A stretch of 64,000 nucleotides of DNA from Nitrospiraceae bacterium (GCA_050246315.1 JBFWWG010000008.1:96001-160000); one strand, 5' to 3'. Shown: positions 37,834-47,883, counted from the first letter of the stretch. Numbers and translations: made by a program. Notes: generated from the sequence alone by a model not told the origin.

Positions 37834-39108
37834 TCATCCACGCCCTGGAATGGGAGAGTCCTGAGGACTCGCAAGGAGCCGCTCATCCCGAGCCTGAGCC
37901 TCCACACAGAACAATGCGGTCGCGATCAGAATCCAAAACAGATTGGCGAGGCTCCCGATGAACATGTAGTCGAACAGATTCCTCACGGTGAATCCGACCA
38001 CCATCAGGGCGGCCCCGAAAGGGACCAGCCGGGAATCCGCATCGGAGAGCGACCGGTGCTCCTTGATCGATCGAGTCAGGATCAGGAAAATCCGGAGTAA
38101 CAGCCACCCGAAGAGCAGGAGGGCCGGCAGGCCGCTGCCCAGCCCCATCACGACGAAGGTGCTATGGGGCCCATAGGCTTTCTCCAGTTCAGGCTGGCCG
38201 GCATAGCGCTTCACAAAATTGTAATTGCCGTAGCCGACTCCCACAAGCGGGTGGTGCCAGAGATCCGCCGCCGCCAGCTTCCATACGGCCACTCTGACCT
38301 CTAAAGTCCAGAGGTCCGCCGTGCTTCGCTGAAATCCCAGGTCCGAGGCGACGACGAAGCCGAATCCGATCGCCGTGAAGGCCAGGATCAATCCAACCAA
38401 CAGCCAGCGCCGCCCGGAAAGCCACGCGCCCGCCAGGCCTTCAGCGGCCAGGCCAAGCCATCCGGCTCTCGTGTAGGCGGCGAATTCCGCGAGCAAGGCC
38501 AGGACGGCAACTCCTAACGAGAGGCCTTTCATCCATCGACTCCGCAGCGTAGCAGCCGCCGCCAGCACGAGCGGAATCGCCATGATCATGTACGTGCTCA
38601 GCCAATTGTAATCCGAGCCAAACGCACCGGCTCGAATAAATCGGTCTCGCCAGGTCCCTCCCTGGAGCATAAATTCCACGACGGCATAGCCGGCGCTCAC
38701 CAACGTGCCGAGCAACACCGCGTGCATCACATGCCTCACCGGACGGGTGTCCGGGCGCGCCCGGAAGACGGCCGTCGCCCAATAGAACACCAGCGCCTGG
38801 GCGACCAGCTTACGCCATTCCCGAAAGCTGTAGTCCGGATCGATCGAGAACGGGACGGTGAGTAGAATCCATCCGAGAAGCAGCAACAGCGGCAGGTCGA
38901 GCGGCGTCCGAATCCAAACCGGCGCGCCCTCCTTCCAACGCATCGCCACCGCGATCAGCAGGAGAGAAAAAAACAAATACCGCGCGGGACCATGCGCCGG
39001 CGGAAAGAAATTCAAGAAGGTGAGGACGGCAAGACCGACGCCCTGGACCGCCCACAGCCATTGCCGCCACGGCAGTTCCGCGTGCGTCACGACCGAGCTG
39101 GAAGTCAT
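37834..39108 (-). CDS. waaL: O-antigen ligase family membrane protein
   Basis: Polytopic membrane protein; YTRAGWLG, RVAVW, HPLVGVGYGNY, PHSTF. Confidence 0.85.
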   Translation of the reverse strand: MTSSSVVTHAELPWRQWLWAVQGVGLAVLTFLNFFPPAHGPARYLFFSLLLIAVAMRWKEGAPVWIRTPLDLPLLLLLGWILLTVPFSIDPDYSFREWRKLVAQALVFYWATAVFRARPDTRPVRHVMHAVLLGTLVSAGYAVVEFMLQGGTWRDRFIRAGAFGSDYNWLSTYMIMAIPLVLAAAATLRSRWMKGLSLGVAVLALLAEFAAYTRAGWLGLAAEGLAGAWLSGRRWLLVGLILAFTAIGFGFVVASDLGFQRSTADLWTLEVRVAVWKLAAADLWHHPLVGVGYGNYNFVKRYAGQPELEKAYGPHSTFVVMGLGSGLPALLLFGWLLLRIFLILTRSIKEHRSLSDADSRLVPFGAALMVVGFTVRNLFDYMFIGSLANLFWILIATALFCVEAQARDERLLASPQDSPIPGRG

Positions 39109-39234
39109 TTCAAAACCCTCCGTTCACCCTTCGACCGGCTCAGGGCGAACGGATCTGTTCATGAAAACAGGATATTCCTCCGTTCGTGCTGAGCTTGTCA
39201 AAGCACGGTCATGGGGCTTGGAAATGACTCCTAG
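39098..39234. mobile_element. 137-bp MITE-like element with CTAG-type ends and a REP-like core
   Basis: Ends ctggaagtcatttcaaaaccc / gggcttggaaatgactcctag. Core ccgttcacccttcgaccggctcagggcgaacgg and ccgttcgtgctgagcttgtcaaagcac. Confidence 0.75.
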
Positions 39235-39239
39235 GCATT

Positions 39240-40097
39240 TCATGTGATCATCTGACTCCTGACAGTCGATTCGTGCAACAGCACGTACTCGTCCACCATC
39301 TCCCTCCACCCGCGCATCGAGATGCCTTGCGCCGAGAGACGCTCGCTTGCCAGAGCGGTATTGGACGGCCGCATGGCGGGCCGATGCAAATCGGCGAACG
39401 TGATCGGTTCCAGTGGATGCAGACACCCTGCCGACTTCAGAATCTGCTCCGCATACTCAAGCCAATTGCAGGAGCCGGTCCCCGCCGCGTGATAGATCCC
39501 CGTGGCCTTCCGCTCGGCCAATCGAAGGATGGCGCCCACCAGGTCCTTGGCTGAGGTTGGACTGCCATATTTGTCGATCACGGCCCGTATCGGCTCCCCT
39601 TGCCGCACCCGATTCACCACCATCGAGATGAAGTGATTCTTTCCGAGGCCGAATACCCAGGCCGTCCGCACCACACAGACTCGGTCCGTTTCTCTTAGAG
39701 CGGCCTGTTCACCGGCCAGCTTGGAATGGCCGTAGACATTGATCGGATTTGGCTGATCAGACTCAACGTACGGGGCGCCCTTGGTCCCGTCGAACACATA
39801 GTCGGTGGAGATGGCCACAAGCGCGGCTCCGGCCTGTGCCGCCCCCCTCGCAACCAGTCGGGTTCCTTCCTCATTCACGCGATAGGCGGCGTCAGGCTCT
39901 CGCTCGCACGCATCGACGTCGGTCATTGCGGCGGCATGGATGACGAGATCGGGCCGTTCACGGACGATGGTCTCGACGATCCGCTTGTCCGAGACGTCGT
40001 CGGTCGCATGGGTCGCCAGGTACAGCGGTTCGCGATTCAAGACCCGCGCGACCTCTCTCCCCACCTGTCCGTTGGCGCCCGTCACAAACACGCGCAT
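39240..40097 (-). CDS. rfbD: dTDP-4-dehydrorhamnose reductase
   Basis: TGANGQVG, AAMTDVD, STDYVFDG, YGHSKLAGE, GSPT. Confidence 0.92.
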   Translation of the reverse strand: MRVFVTGANGQVGREVARVLNREPLYLATHATDDVSDKRIVETIVRERPDLVIHAAAMTDVDACEREPDAAYRVNEEGTRLVARGAAQAGAALVAISTDYVFDGTKGAPYVESDQPNPINVYGHSKLAGEQAALRETDRVCVVRTAWVFGLGKNHFISMVVNRVRQGEPIRAVIDKYGSPTSAKDLVGAILRLAERKATGIYHAAGTGSCNWLEYAEQILKSAGCLHPLEPITFADLHRPAMRPSNTALASERLSAQGISMRGWREMVDEYVLLHESTVRSQMIT

Positions 40098-40150
40098 CGC
40101 GCCGGCCTTCGTTCATTTCTCACTGCGCCTTCCTGATCTCGCATACCTTA

Positions 40151-41137
40151 CTATTTCCCATTCCCGCCCGCAAAATGCTTGAGGTCCGCCTCGACCATTT
40201 CCGCCACCAGATCCGTGAAGGAGATCTTGGGCGTCCACCCGAGCTCCCGTCTGGCTTTGGTCGCATCCCCCAACAACGTTTCGACCTCAGCCGGCCGCAG
40301 CAGTTGCGGATCGACCGTGACATGGTCTCGATACTCCAGTCCCAGGCACGAGAACGCCACCTCCGCAAACTCCCGGACCGTATGCTGTTCGCCGGTTGCA
40401 ATGACATAGTCCTCCGCCTGCGGCTGCTGCAACATCATCCACATGGCCCGCACATATTCGCGCGCGTGGCCCCAGTCGCGCCTGGATTCCAGATTTCCGA
40501 GCTTCAATTCCTTGATCAACCCCAGCTTGATCCTCGCCGCGTGGGAGGTGATCTTTCTCGTGACAAACTCAAAGCCGCGGCGAGGCGATTCGTGATTATA
40601 CAGAATGCCGCAGGAGGCTCGAATCCCATAGGCCTCACGGTAATTTCTGGTCAAGTCGAACCCGGCGACTTTGGAGATCCCGTAGGCCGAACGGGGATGG
40701 AATCGGGTCGTTTCCCTCTGCGGCACCTCGGCCACCTTGCCGAACATCTCGCTGGAGGCGGCGAAATAAAGCCGACAGGAAGGCGCACAGTCCTTGAGCG
40801 CCGCCAGCACGTAGTGAGTGCCATTGATGTTGGCATTCAACGTCGAAAATTCGTCCTCGAACGAATAGGACACAAAGCTCTGCGCGGCCAGGTGGTAGCA
40901 CTCATCCGGCTTCACCGCCTGAAACACCCGATAGATGCTCGGCAAGCTTTCCAGAGAGGCCGCGTGGAGATGCAGGCGGTCCTTGATCGCCAGGATGCGC
41001 CACAATCGGTGGGCCGGATCTTCGATAGCGATCCGCCTCACAATCCCATGCACTTCGTAGCCCTGCTCGAGTAGGAACTCGGCCAGATACGAACCATCCT
41101 GTCCGGTGATGCCTGTGATGAGCGCGCGTTTTGTCAT
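40151..41137 (-). CDS. gmd: GDP-mannose 4,6-dehydratase
   Basis: ALITGITGQDGSYLAE, LAAQSFV, NHESPRRG.EFVTRKI, RDWGHA. Confidence 0.96.
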   Translation of the reverse strand: MTKRALITGITGQDGSYLAEFLLEQGYEVHGIVRRIAIEDPAHRLWRILAIKDRLHLHAASLESLPSIYRVFQAVKPDECYHLAAQSFVSYSFEDEFSTLNANINGTHYVLAALKDCAPSCRLYFAASSEMFGKVAEVPQRETTRFHPRSAYGISKVAGFDLTRNYREAYGIRASCGILYNHESPRRGFEFVTRKITSHAARIKLGLIKELKLGNLESRRDWGHAREYVRAMWMMLQQPQAEDYVIATGEQHTVREFAEVAFSCLGLEYRDHVTVDPQLLRPAEVETLLGDATKARRELGWTPKISFTDLVAEMVEADLKHFAGGNGK

Positions 41138-41158
41138 GATATCCTCATCAACCTTTTG

Positions 41159-41998
41159 TCATCCTCGAAATCCCTTTTGCATCACCGTCCGATAAAATAG
41201 CGGACTGAGCCAACGATTGCGGAAGGGGCGAAGTCGGCGGGCGGCCTGAATGCGTGGCGCCATCACCTTCGGATGGCTCCCGGAAAAGTTCTTCAACATG
41301 CCGTAGTCCGGAAACTCCGCATCCATGGCGGCCCAGGCGTCGATCCGCTCCTCGGTCAGCCGGTCGCCCTCGTGGCGACGGATCTGGTATCGCCGCTTCT
41401 CACGCAATGCGTCAGGATTTCTGGCATAGCCGTAGTGAAAGATGCGGGCTTTGATCAGTTTGCCGAGCGCGCCGTTCTTGATCACGCCCGGCACCCCCGG
41501 CACTTCGAAGTCGAATCCATCGATCGCCGACTTCACGCGCCCGTCCGTGCGGACGATTCGGGTGGCTCGGTGGTACATCCAGGGGTCAAGCGACCAATAA
41601 TCACCTTTGAAGTGCAGGACCCGAAACACCAGGGCCAAGACCTCCTGTTGCGGCAGGTACTGTTCCATCGCTCGCCAAATCACCGGCAGTTCGTCCTCAT
41701 GCACGACCTCATCCCCTTGGAGCAAGAACGCCCAATCGCCGGTGCAATGGGACAGTGCGATATCCTGTTGAACCCCGAAGAGCTTGCCGTCCGTGCGCAA
41801 GCTGTCGTCCCAGACGGTTTCGACGATCTTGATCTTCGGCGAGTTGATCGATCGAATGAGATTCAGCGTGTCATCCTCCGATCGTCCGACATTCACGACA
41901 TATTCATCTACCATGGGCAGGATGGACGCAATCGACTCCAAGACGGGGAAGTCGAATTGAACGGCGTTCCGGATCAGCGTGAACCCGCTGACTTTCAT
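41159..41998 (-). CDS. Glycosyltransferase family 2-like
   Basis: MKVSGFTLIRNAV, LQGDEVVHE, IFHYGY. Paralog of 54061-54906. Confidence 0.82.
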   Translation of the reverse strand: MKVSGFTLIRNAVQFDFPVLESIASILPMVDEYVVNVGRSEDDTLNLIRSINSPKIKIVETVWDDSLRTDGKLFGVQQDIALSHCTGDWAFLLQGDEVVHEDELPVIWRAMEQYLPQQEVLALVFRVLHFKGDYWSLDPWMYHRATRIVRTDGRVKSAIDGFDFEVPGVPGVIKNGALGKLIKARIFHYGYARNPDALREKRRYQIRRHEGDRLTEERIDAWAAMDAEFPDYGMLKNFSGSHPKVMAPRIQAARRLRPFRNRWLSPLFYRTVMQKGFRG

Positions 41999-43041
41999 CG
42001 CGATGCCCCATGCTCGGGCTGTAACCCGGTGCCCTGCTGAAGCCGCCGTTCATACATTTGCCGGTAGTAGGCCGCGAATTCCCCCGACTTGATCTTCCGC
42101 CACCACGATTCGTTCGTCCGATACCAGCGCACCGTCTCCCGGAGACCCTCCTCGAAGGAGACCGACGGCTTCCAACCCAAGTCCTCCACCCGGCGGCAGG
42201 AGACGGCATAGCGCCGGTCGTGCCCCGGACGGTCCTGCACCAGGCGAATCAATGAGTGCGGCTTCCCAAGGTGATGCAGAATGGCGCGGGCCACATCGAG
42301 ATTTTCCCGCTCGTTGCCGCCGCCGAGGTTATAGACCAAACCCGGCTCTCCATGGAGGAATACGTGGTGGATGCCCCCGCAATGATCCTGCACCGAGAGC
42401 CAATCCCGCCGGTAGCGACCGTCTCCGTAGAGCGGTAGCGGCTGATCATCCAAGGCATTGGTGATGAACAGGGGAATGAACTTTTCGGGATATTGATTGG
42501 GCCCGTAGGTGTTGCTCCCTCGGGTCACGACCACCGGAAATCGATAGGTGGTCCAATAGCTCTGCACCAACAGGTCGGCCCCGGCCTTACTCGCGGAATA
42601 GGGACTCCGCGGGACCAGCGGGTCCGCCTCCGTAGAGTGCCCCTGCTCGACGCTGCCGTAGACCTCGTCGGTGCTGACCTGGAGAAACCGGCTGACGCCC
42701 GCTTGTTTCGCCTCTTCCAGTAACACCGCGGTTCCGATCACGTCGGTCCGGGTAAACGCCAGCGGGTCCGTGATGGAACGGTCCACATGTGTTTCCGCGG
42801 CGCAGTTGATGACGCCGTCGATACGATGCTCGCGCAGCAGACGCCGCACAAGGGCGGCGTCCGCCATATCGCCGTGAACGAAGGTATAGCGCGGATGAGA
42901 GGCGACACCGGTCAGGTTGTCGAGATTCCCCGAATACCGGAGCGCATCGAGGTTGACGACATGGTCGTCCGAGCCGTTCAGCAGCCGCCGCACGAGGTGC
43001 GAGCCGATGAATCCGGCTCCGCCAGTCAGCAAAATGCGCAT
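41995..43041 (-). CDS. rfbB: dTDP-glucose 4,6-dehydratase
   Basis: TGGAGFIGS, AAETHVDRSI, STDEVYG, SPYSASKA, DRPGHDRRY. Confidence 0.96.
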   Translation of the reverse strand: MRILLTGGAGFIGSHLVRRLLNGSDDHVVNLDALRYSGNLDNLTGVASHPRYTFVHGDMADAALVRRLLREHRIDGVINCAAETHVDRSITDPLAFTRTDVIGTAVLLEEAKQAGVSRFLQVSTDEVYGSVEQGHSTEADPLVPRSPYSASKAGADLLVQSYWTTYRFPVVVTRGSNTYGPNQYPEKFIPLFITNALDDQPLPLYGDGRYRRDWLSVQDHCGGIHHVFLHGEPGLVYNLGGGNERENLDVARAILHHLGKPHSLIRLVQDRPGHDRRYAVSCRRVEDLGWKPSVSFEEGLRETVRWYRTNESWWRKIKSGEFAAYYRQMYERRLQQGTGLQPEHGASR

Positions 43042-43062
43042 GATCGAAGTCTCCTCTCCCGA

Positions 43063-43839
43063 CTACCCATAGGCCTCGCCCGCGGCACCAACTCCTTCAG
43101 GAATCAACCGATGAACGGCTCCGATCTTGACGGCCTGCACGATGAGGATGTCTCCGAACAACAGCTTTTCATCCAACAACAGGGCGCGGACCTGAGCCGC
43201 CTTGGGATTGTGCTTCACCCAGCTCCTGCCCCGCGACCGGATCAGGGGCTTGAGACATTGGTGCAGGAAGGAGCCGGTCTTCGACAAGCCGTTCGTCTCG
43301 ACCGCCTGAACCACAAAGCCGTTGGTCTCCAAAATATGCCGAAGTTCGATGTAACTGACCGGGTTGATATGCCAGGCGGGTCCGGTCATATAATCGAACA
43401 GGTGCGGCGCGCCGTACAGCAGATATTGGAGCCGCGAACGAATCGATGCCACATTCGGCGTCGTGACGACCAAGCTGCCACCGGTCCGCAGGACCCGATT
43501 GGCTTCCCGCACCAGCAGATAGGGATTCTCGAGATGCTCGATCCCTTCGATGCAGGTATACACATCAAAGCACCGGTCCGGATAGGGCAAGGTCCGATTG
43601 AGGTCCACCTTGGCGCACGCCACGTCCGGGAGTTTGAACTGCTCGGGGTTCAGATCGCCGCAGGAGAGTTCCAGCCCAAGATCCAGCCGGAGCAGCGTCT
43701 GGGCAAAGGCCCCTTCGCCGGCGGGCGCGTCCAGAAACCGCTTTCCGTCCAGCGAGCTTTGGGCAGACAGGATTTCGATCACCTTCTCGAAGATTCCCGG
43801 CGCGCTGATCTGTCGTATATCGCCCTGATCCCGCTCCAT
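43063..43839 (-). CDS. Class I SAM-dependent methyltransferase
   Basis: LDAPAGEG, DLNRTLPYPD, EGIEHLENP, VTTPN. Start moved to ATG 43839. Confidence 0.88.
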   Translation of the reverse strand: MERDQGDIRQISAPGIFEKVIEILSAQSSLDGKRFLDAPAGEGAFAQTLLRLDLGLELSCGDLNPEQFKLPDVACAKVDLNRTLPYPDRCFDVYTCIEGIEHLENPYLLVREANRVLRTGGSLVVTTPNVASIRSRLQYLLYGAPHLFDYMTGPAWHINPVSYIELRHILETNGFVVQAVETNGLSKTGSFLHQCLKPLIRSRGRSWVKHNPKAAQVRALLLDEKLLFGDILIVQAVKIGAVHRLIPEGVGAAGEAYG

Positions 43840-43850
43840 GTTCCGAATAC

Positions 43851-43907
43851 CTAGCGCGCCGTATTCATGACGGTTCGTGACGAAATTGTGGAGTCGCTGC
43901 GCGCTAG
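43851..43907. repeat. 57-bp minimal copy of the CTAG-ended element family
   Basis: ctagcgcgc...gcgcgctag ends; shares ttcatgacggttcgtgacgaaa (22 nt exact) with the reverse complement of the 12232-12479 right end. Confidence 0.7.
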
Positions 43908-43928
43908 CCTGCGCCGTGCCGCGACCGG

Positions 43929-44660
43929 TTATCCCAACTTGTTCGCGCCGGTTTGAGCCACAAACTGGTTCGCCAGGAACAGCGATTCGATCGTCCCGGC
44001 GTCGGTCCACCATCCTTCCAGTTTGTCCCAGGTCAACTCGTTCCGCTGGATATAGGCGTTGTTCACATCCGTGATCTCCAGCTCTCCCCGCCCCGACGGT
44101 TTGAGCGTCTTGATGATCTCGAACACCTGCCCATCGTAAAAATAGATCCCGGTCACGGCGTAGGGAGAAGCCGGCTGTCTCGGCTTCTCATCGATTCGGA
44201 GCACCTTGCCGCCGTCCAGCGCCGGTACGCCGAATCGCTGGGGATCTTTGACCTCTTTGAGCAGGATCTTGGCGCCGGTGCGTTGGGCGCGGAAGCCGTC
44301 CGCTGCCTTCAGAATGTTTCGCTCGATGATATTGTCTCCCAGGACAACGCAGACCGGGTCCTGATCGGCAAAGTGTTCGGCCAGGCGCAAGGCATCGGCA
44401 ATGCCGCCTTCGCCTTCCTGATAGGTGTAGTCCAGATGACGGAGGCCGAACTGCTTTCCGTTTCCCAACAGCCGCAGAAAGTCTCCCGCGTTGTTCCCGC
44501 CCGTCACCAGTATGATCTCGTTGATGCCGGCGTTCACGAGGGTTTGGATCGGATAATAGATCATCGGCCGGTCATAGACCGGAAGCAGATGCTTATTGGT
44601 GACCTTGGTCAACGGCAGCAGCCTGGTTCCCAATCCTCCGGCAAGGACAACGCCTTTCAT
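43929..44660 (-). CDS. rfbA: Glucose-1-phosphate thymidylyltransferase (short form)
   Basis: LAGGLGTRLLPLT..NKHLLPVYDRPMIYYP, LGDN, PSGRGELEITD, WTDAGT. Confidence 0.92.
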   Translation of the reverse strand: MKGVVLAGGLGTRLLPLTKVTNKHLLPVYDRPMIYYPIQTLVNAGINEIILVTGGNNAGDFLRLLGNGKQFGLRHLDYTYQEGEGGIADALRLAEHFADQDPVCVVLGDNIIERNILKAADGFRAQRTGAKILLKEVKDPQRFGVPALDGGKVLRIDEKPRQPASPYAVTGIYFYDGQVFEIIKTLKPSGRGELEITDVNNAYIQRNELTWDKLEGWWTDAGTIESLFLANQFVAQTGANKLG

Positions 44661-44739
44661 CTTCTCACTCCTCGAGGTCCATGCTGAGCCTCGGATAATA
44701 GAACCATGTCACGATTCGCACGGAGCCCGCACCCATGGC

Positions 44740-45834
44740 TTACGCCTGAGCCGCTACTTTCCGATATACGTCGACCATCCGGCGGGCCGTCTCGTCCCAC
44801 GAAAATTGCCTCGCCCTGACAAGGCCGCGATTCCGGAGTTCCTGCCACCGGTCTTCATCGCTCAGCAAGCCAAGTATTTCCCGACTCAGGCCGTCCACGT
44901 CGTCGGGCTCCACCAAAACTCCCGCATCACCCACCACCTCCGGCAAGGAAGAGGCATTGGATGAGATCACGGGACAGCCGCAGGCCATGGCTTCCAATAC
45001 AGGCAAGCCAAACCCTTCGTAGCGCGAGGGAAACACGAACAGCCGTGCCTGCTGATACAGTCGCACCAGCCGTTCTTCCGACACAGGTCCGGGAAAAACG
45101 ACGCGATCGGCCAAACCCATCCGGTTGACGCGGTCTACCAGACCGGCTTGCTTTCGCACGTCTCCCGCAAGCAGGAGGTCGTACCGCTCGCGGACCGTTC
45201 CCGGCAGGCGGCGGTACGCCTCGATGAGCATCTCGACGTTTTTCGCCGGATCGTTCCCCGCCACGCACAGCACATACGGCTTCGCGCATTCGCCGTCCTC
45301 TCGCCCCGAGGCCGGAGCAAACCGTTGTGTCTCCACGCCCGGATAGACGACCGTCACACGGTCCTCCGTGAGCGGAAGCAGGCGAAGGATGTCGCGCTGC
45401 GAGCAGAGAGAATCGGTCACCACATGGTCGAGACGGCTCCATCGATCCCCGACCACCGCAGAGAGCACCCGCTCGTTGAGACGCATCCGTGGACGATGGT
45501 GATTCAGAACCAGCGGCTTCACGTCGTGGATCGTCGCAACGAACTTTCCACGCTTCCATGCGATACAGGAATCATAGGGAAAATGCAACACGTCATAGCC
45601 ACCCGCCGACAGAGGCGCGACCTGTTCCCACACGCGCCGCCGGAAGTACGGAATACGGACCGTGCGGTGGACGATATTGGGACGCGGAGAGAAGGTACAG
45701 GCTGCAGGCGGCGTCAACACCAGATAGTCATGCTCCCGATCGACGCGGCCGATGGCTTCGATCAGCTCCCGCGCGTAGCGGCCCAACCCGACGTTGAAGT
45801 CCCTCACATGCCATGCGGCGATGACGATCTTCAT
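44740..45834 (-). CDS. Glycosyltransferase family 4 (MtfB-like)
   Basis: [31 protein letters not shown]. Confidence 0.92.
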   Translation of the reverse strand: MKIVIAAWHVRDFNVGLGRYARELIEAIGRVDREHDYLVLTPPAACTFSPRPNIVHRTVRIPYFRRRVWEQVAPLSAGGYDVLHFPYDSCIAWKRGKFVATIHDVKPLVLNHHRPRMRLNERVLSAVVGDRWSRLDHVVTDSLCSQRDILRLLPLTEDRVTVVYPGVETQRFAPASGREDGECAKPYVLCVAGNDPAKNVEMLIEAYRRLPGTVRERYDLLLAGDVRKQAGLVDRVNRMGLADRVVFPGPVSEERLVRLYQQARLFVFPSRYEGFGLPVLEAMACGCPVISSNASSLPEVVGDAGVLVEPDDVDGLSREILGLLSDEDRWQELRNRGLVRARQFSWDETARRMVDVYRKVAAQA

Positions 45835-45862
45835 AACGGAGAATCATCCGCGGCAAGACCGG

Positions 45863-46741
45863 CTACGGAACCGGCTTGATCTCTGAGGCCGGTACGTTCG
45901 CAAGCTCCGGCTTTTCGATCAAGGTATATCCGTATCTCCGCCGTTCATACCAGGTGGTGACGGCACTGCGCAGGCCGGTCCAGCGGCGCTCCAGCCAATT
46001 GCCGCGCACGGTCCGCTTCCATTTGGCCGTGAAATGCGCCAGGTTGGCGGTCGGATACCCCGATCCCTGTTTCTTCTTGATCGCATCCTGCGTCACCATG
46101 CTGAAGTGGTGGATCAAGACCGAACCGGTCAGGGCGGCCTGCCATCCGGCCTCACGGGCGCGCCAGAGAAAATCCACATCCTCGCAACCGCCGTAGGTGA
46201 AGGCTTCGTCAAACAGACCGATCCGCTCGAAAACCCGGCGGTCGATCACCATGCAGGCTCCGTAGAGTTCTCGTCGGATGGCCTCGGCGCAACAACGGGT
46301 AAATTCCGCGGCGTACCGATCCAAATCATAATCAAGCAGCCCCTCCCGAGCAGATGGGGACACGATGCCGTAGCCGCCGCGTTGCATGAACGCCAGCAAA
46401 CCCTTCAACCAGCCCGGCGTTACCACGATATCGTTGTTGAGAATGCCGATGACTCGGCCGGCGGCGGCTTTGACTCCCTGGTTCCAGGCTTTGGCGCAGC
46501 CCAGATTGCGTTCGTTGCTGATGACCCGCACCGAGACCGTCTTCAGATAGTCGCGCGTCCCGTCCGTCGAGGCATTGTCCACGACGATCACCTCGAAGGG
46601 GACGTCGGTCCATTGCATGATCGAATCCAGACACCGGCGTGTGTAGTCGAGTTGATTGTAGACCGGTATCACCAGACTGGTCAGGAAAGCGGCGCCCTCG
46701 TCAGGAGCCGGCCGATCCGCGGTCTGCGGGACGAGGGTCAC
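45863..46741 (-). CDS. Glycosyltransferase family 2
   Basis: VIPVYNQ, VDNASTDGT, LNNDI, EDVDF. Confidence 0.9.
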   Translation of the reverse strand: MTLVPQTADRPAPDEGAAFLTSLVIPVYNQLDYTRRCLDSIMQWTDVPFEVIVVDNASTDGTRDYLKTVSVRVISNERNLGCAKAWNQGVKAAAGRVIGILNNDIVVTPGWLKGLLAFMQRGGYGIVSPSAREGLLDYDLDRYAAEFTRCCAEAIRRELYGACMVIDRRVFERIGLFDEAFTYGGCEDVDFLWRAREAGWQAALTGSVLIHHFSMVTQDAIKKKQGSGYPTANLAHFTAKWKRTVRGNWLERRWTGLRSAVTTWYERRRYGYTLIEKPELANVPASEIKPVP

Positions 46742-47883
46742 AGCGGCGCTCCGATGGAAGACGGCGCCACCGGTCCTCGGACCAGCCCGGCATAGACCGC
46801 CGACAGGCGGTTCATCATCGCTTCCACGGTAAATTGCCGCATCACCCGCTGCCTGCCCTTCCGTCCCATCTCCTTGCGACCGTCAGGGTCTTTGAGCAGG
46901 GCCGTGACCGCCCGCGCCAGTTCGCCGATATCCCCCGGCGGCACCAACCATCCGGTCTCCCCGTTCACCACGATGTCGGGCAAGCCTCCGGTCCGGGACG
47001 CCACCACCGCCTTTTCCCTGGCCATGGCTTCCAGCACCGCAATGCCGAATCCCTCCATGAGGGAGGGCTGCACGTACAGATTCATGGCATCGAGCAGGGT
47101 ACGAACCTGTCGCTCGAATCCAAGGAAATGGACGCGGGCGGTCAGGCCCAGTTCGCGACACAAGCGCCGGAGGCTTTGCTCGTGCGCTCCATCACCTTGT
47201 CCAAGGACCAGGTAATGGACATTCGGCACTGCGGTCAGGATCTCTGGCAGCGCGCGCAGCATGATGTCATAGCCTTTCCGCGGAAAGATGTTGCCCACGG
47301 TGCCGATCACCACGGCATGGTCGGCAATCCCCAGCCGACGCCGCACGTCGGATCGGGCTCCCTCCCCTTCAGCGTCCGTCCAACAGCCGTCGAGTCCGCT
47401 GTGCAACACGTGGATACGCTCCCGTGGTACACCACCCGCCTCCAACGTGCCGGCCACCTGGTTGGACACCGCCAACACACAATTCAGTCGAGCCAGTTCA
47501 TACTGGGCGACCTTCGACACATCCAGGTCTTGTCTCAAATGCGCCGCCACCGGAACTCGGGGGGTGCCGAGGGCGCGCAACGTTTGCGGAACCCACCAAA
47601 GGTCATTGACATGGACCAGAGCCGGCTTGAGGTCGCCGATGAGAAGTCGCAACAGGCGAACCGCCGGCTTGCGGCGAGGAAGGCTCCACAGCTTTCTCCA
47701 TGGTGGAAAATCGACGCCATGAACCGGGATGCCGCGCTGCTTCAGCTCGGTCGCGAGGGGGCTCGGTTCCGGGCAGGCGACGACCGGCGCATGGCCGAAT
47801 GCTCCCAGGTGATCGACATAGGCGAGCAGCTCCCGCTCTGCCCCGCCAATCTCGCCGATGCCGTGGACGAACAGGATCTTCAT
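46738..47883 (-). CDS. Glycosyltransferase family 4
   Basis: GGAE, RKGYD, PSLMEGFGIAVLEAMA, GGLPDIV. Confidence 0.92.
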   Translation of the reverse strand: MKILFVHGIGEIGGAERELLAYVDHLGAFGHAPVVACPEPSPLATELKQRGIPVHGVDFPPWRKLWSLPRRKPAVRLLRLLIGDLKPALVHVNDLWWVPQTLRALGTPRVPVAAHLRQDLDVSKVAQYELARLNCVLAVSNQVAGTLEAGGVPRERIHVLHSGLDGCWTDAEGEGARSDVRRRLGIADHAVVIGTVGNIFPRKGYDIMLRALPEILTAVPNVHYLVLGQGDGAHEQSLRRLCRELGLTARVHFLGFERQVRTLLDAMNLYVQPSLMEGFGIAVLEAMAREKAVVASRTGGLPDIVVNGETGWLVPPGDIGELARAVTALLKDPDGRKEMGRKGRQRVMRQFTVEAMMNRLSAVYAGLVRGPVAPSSIGAPL

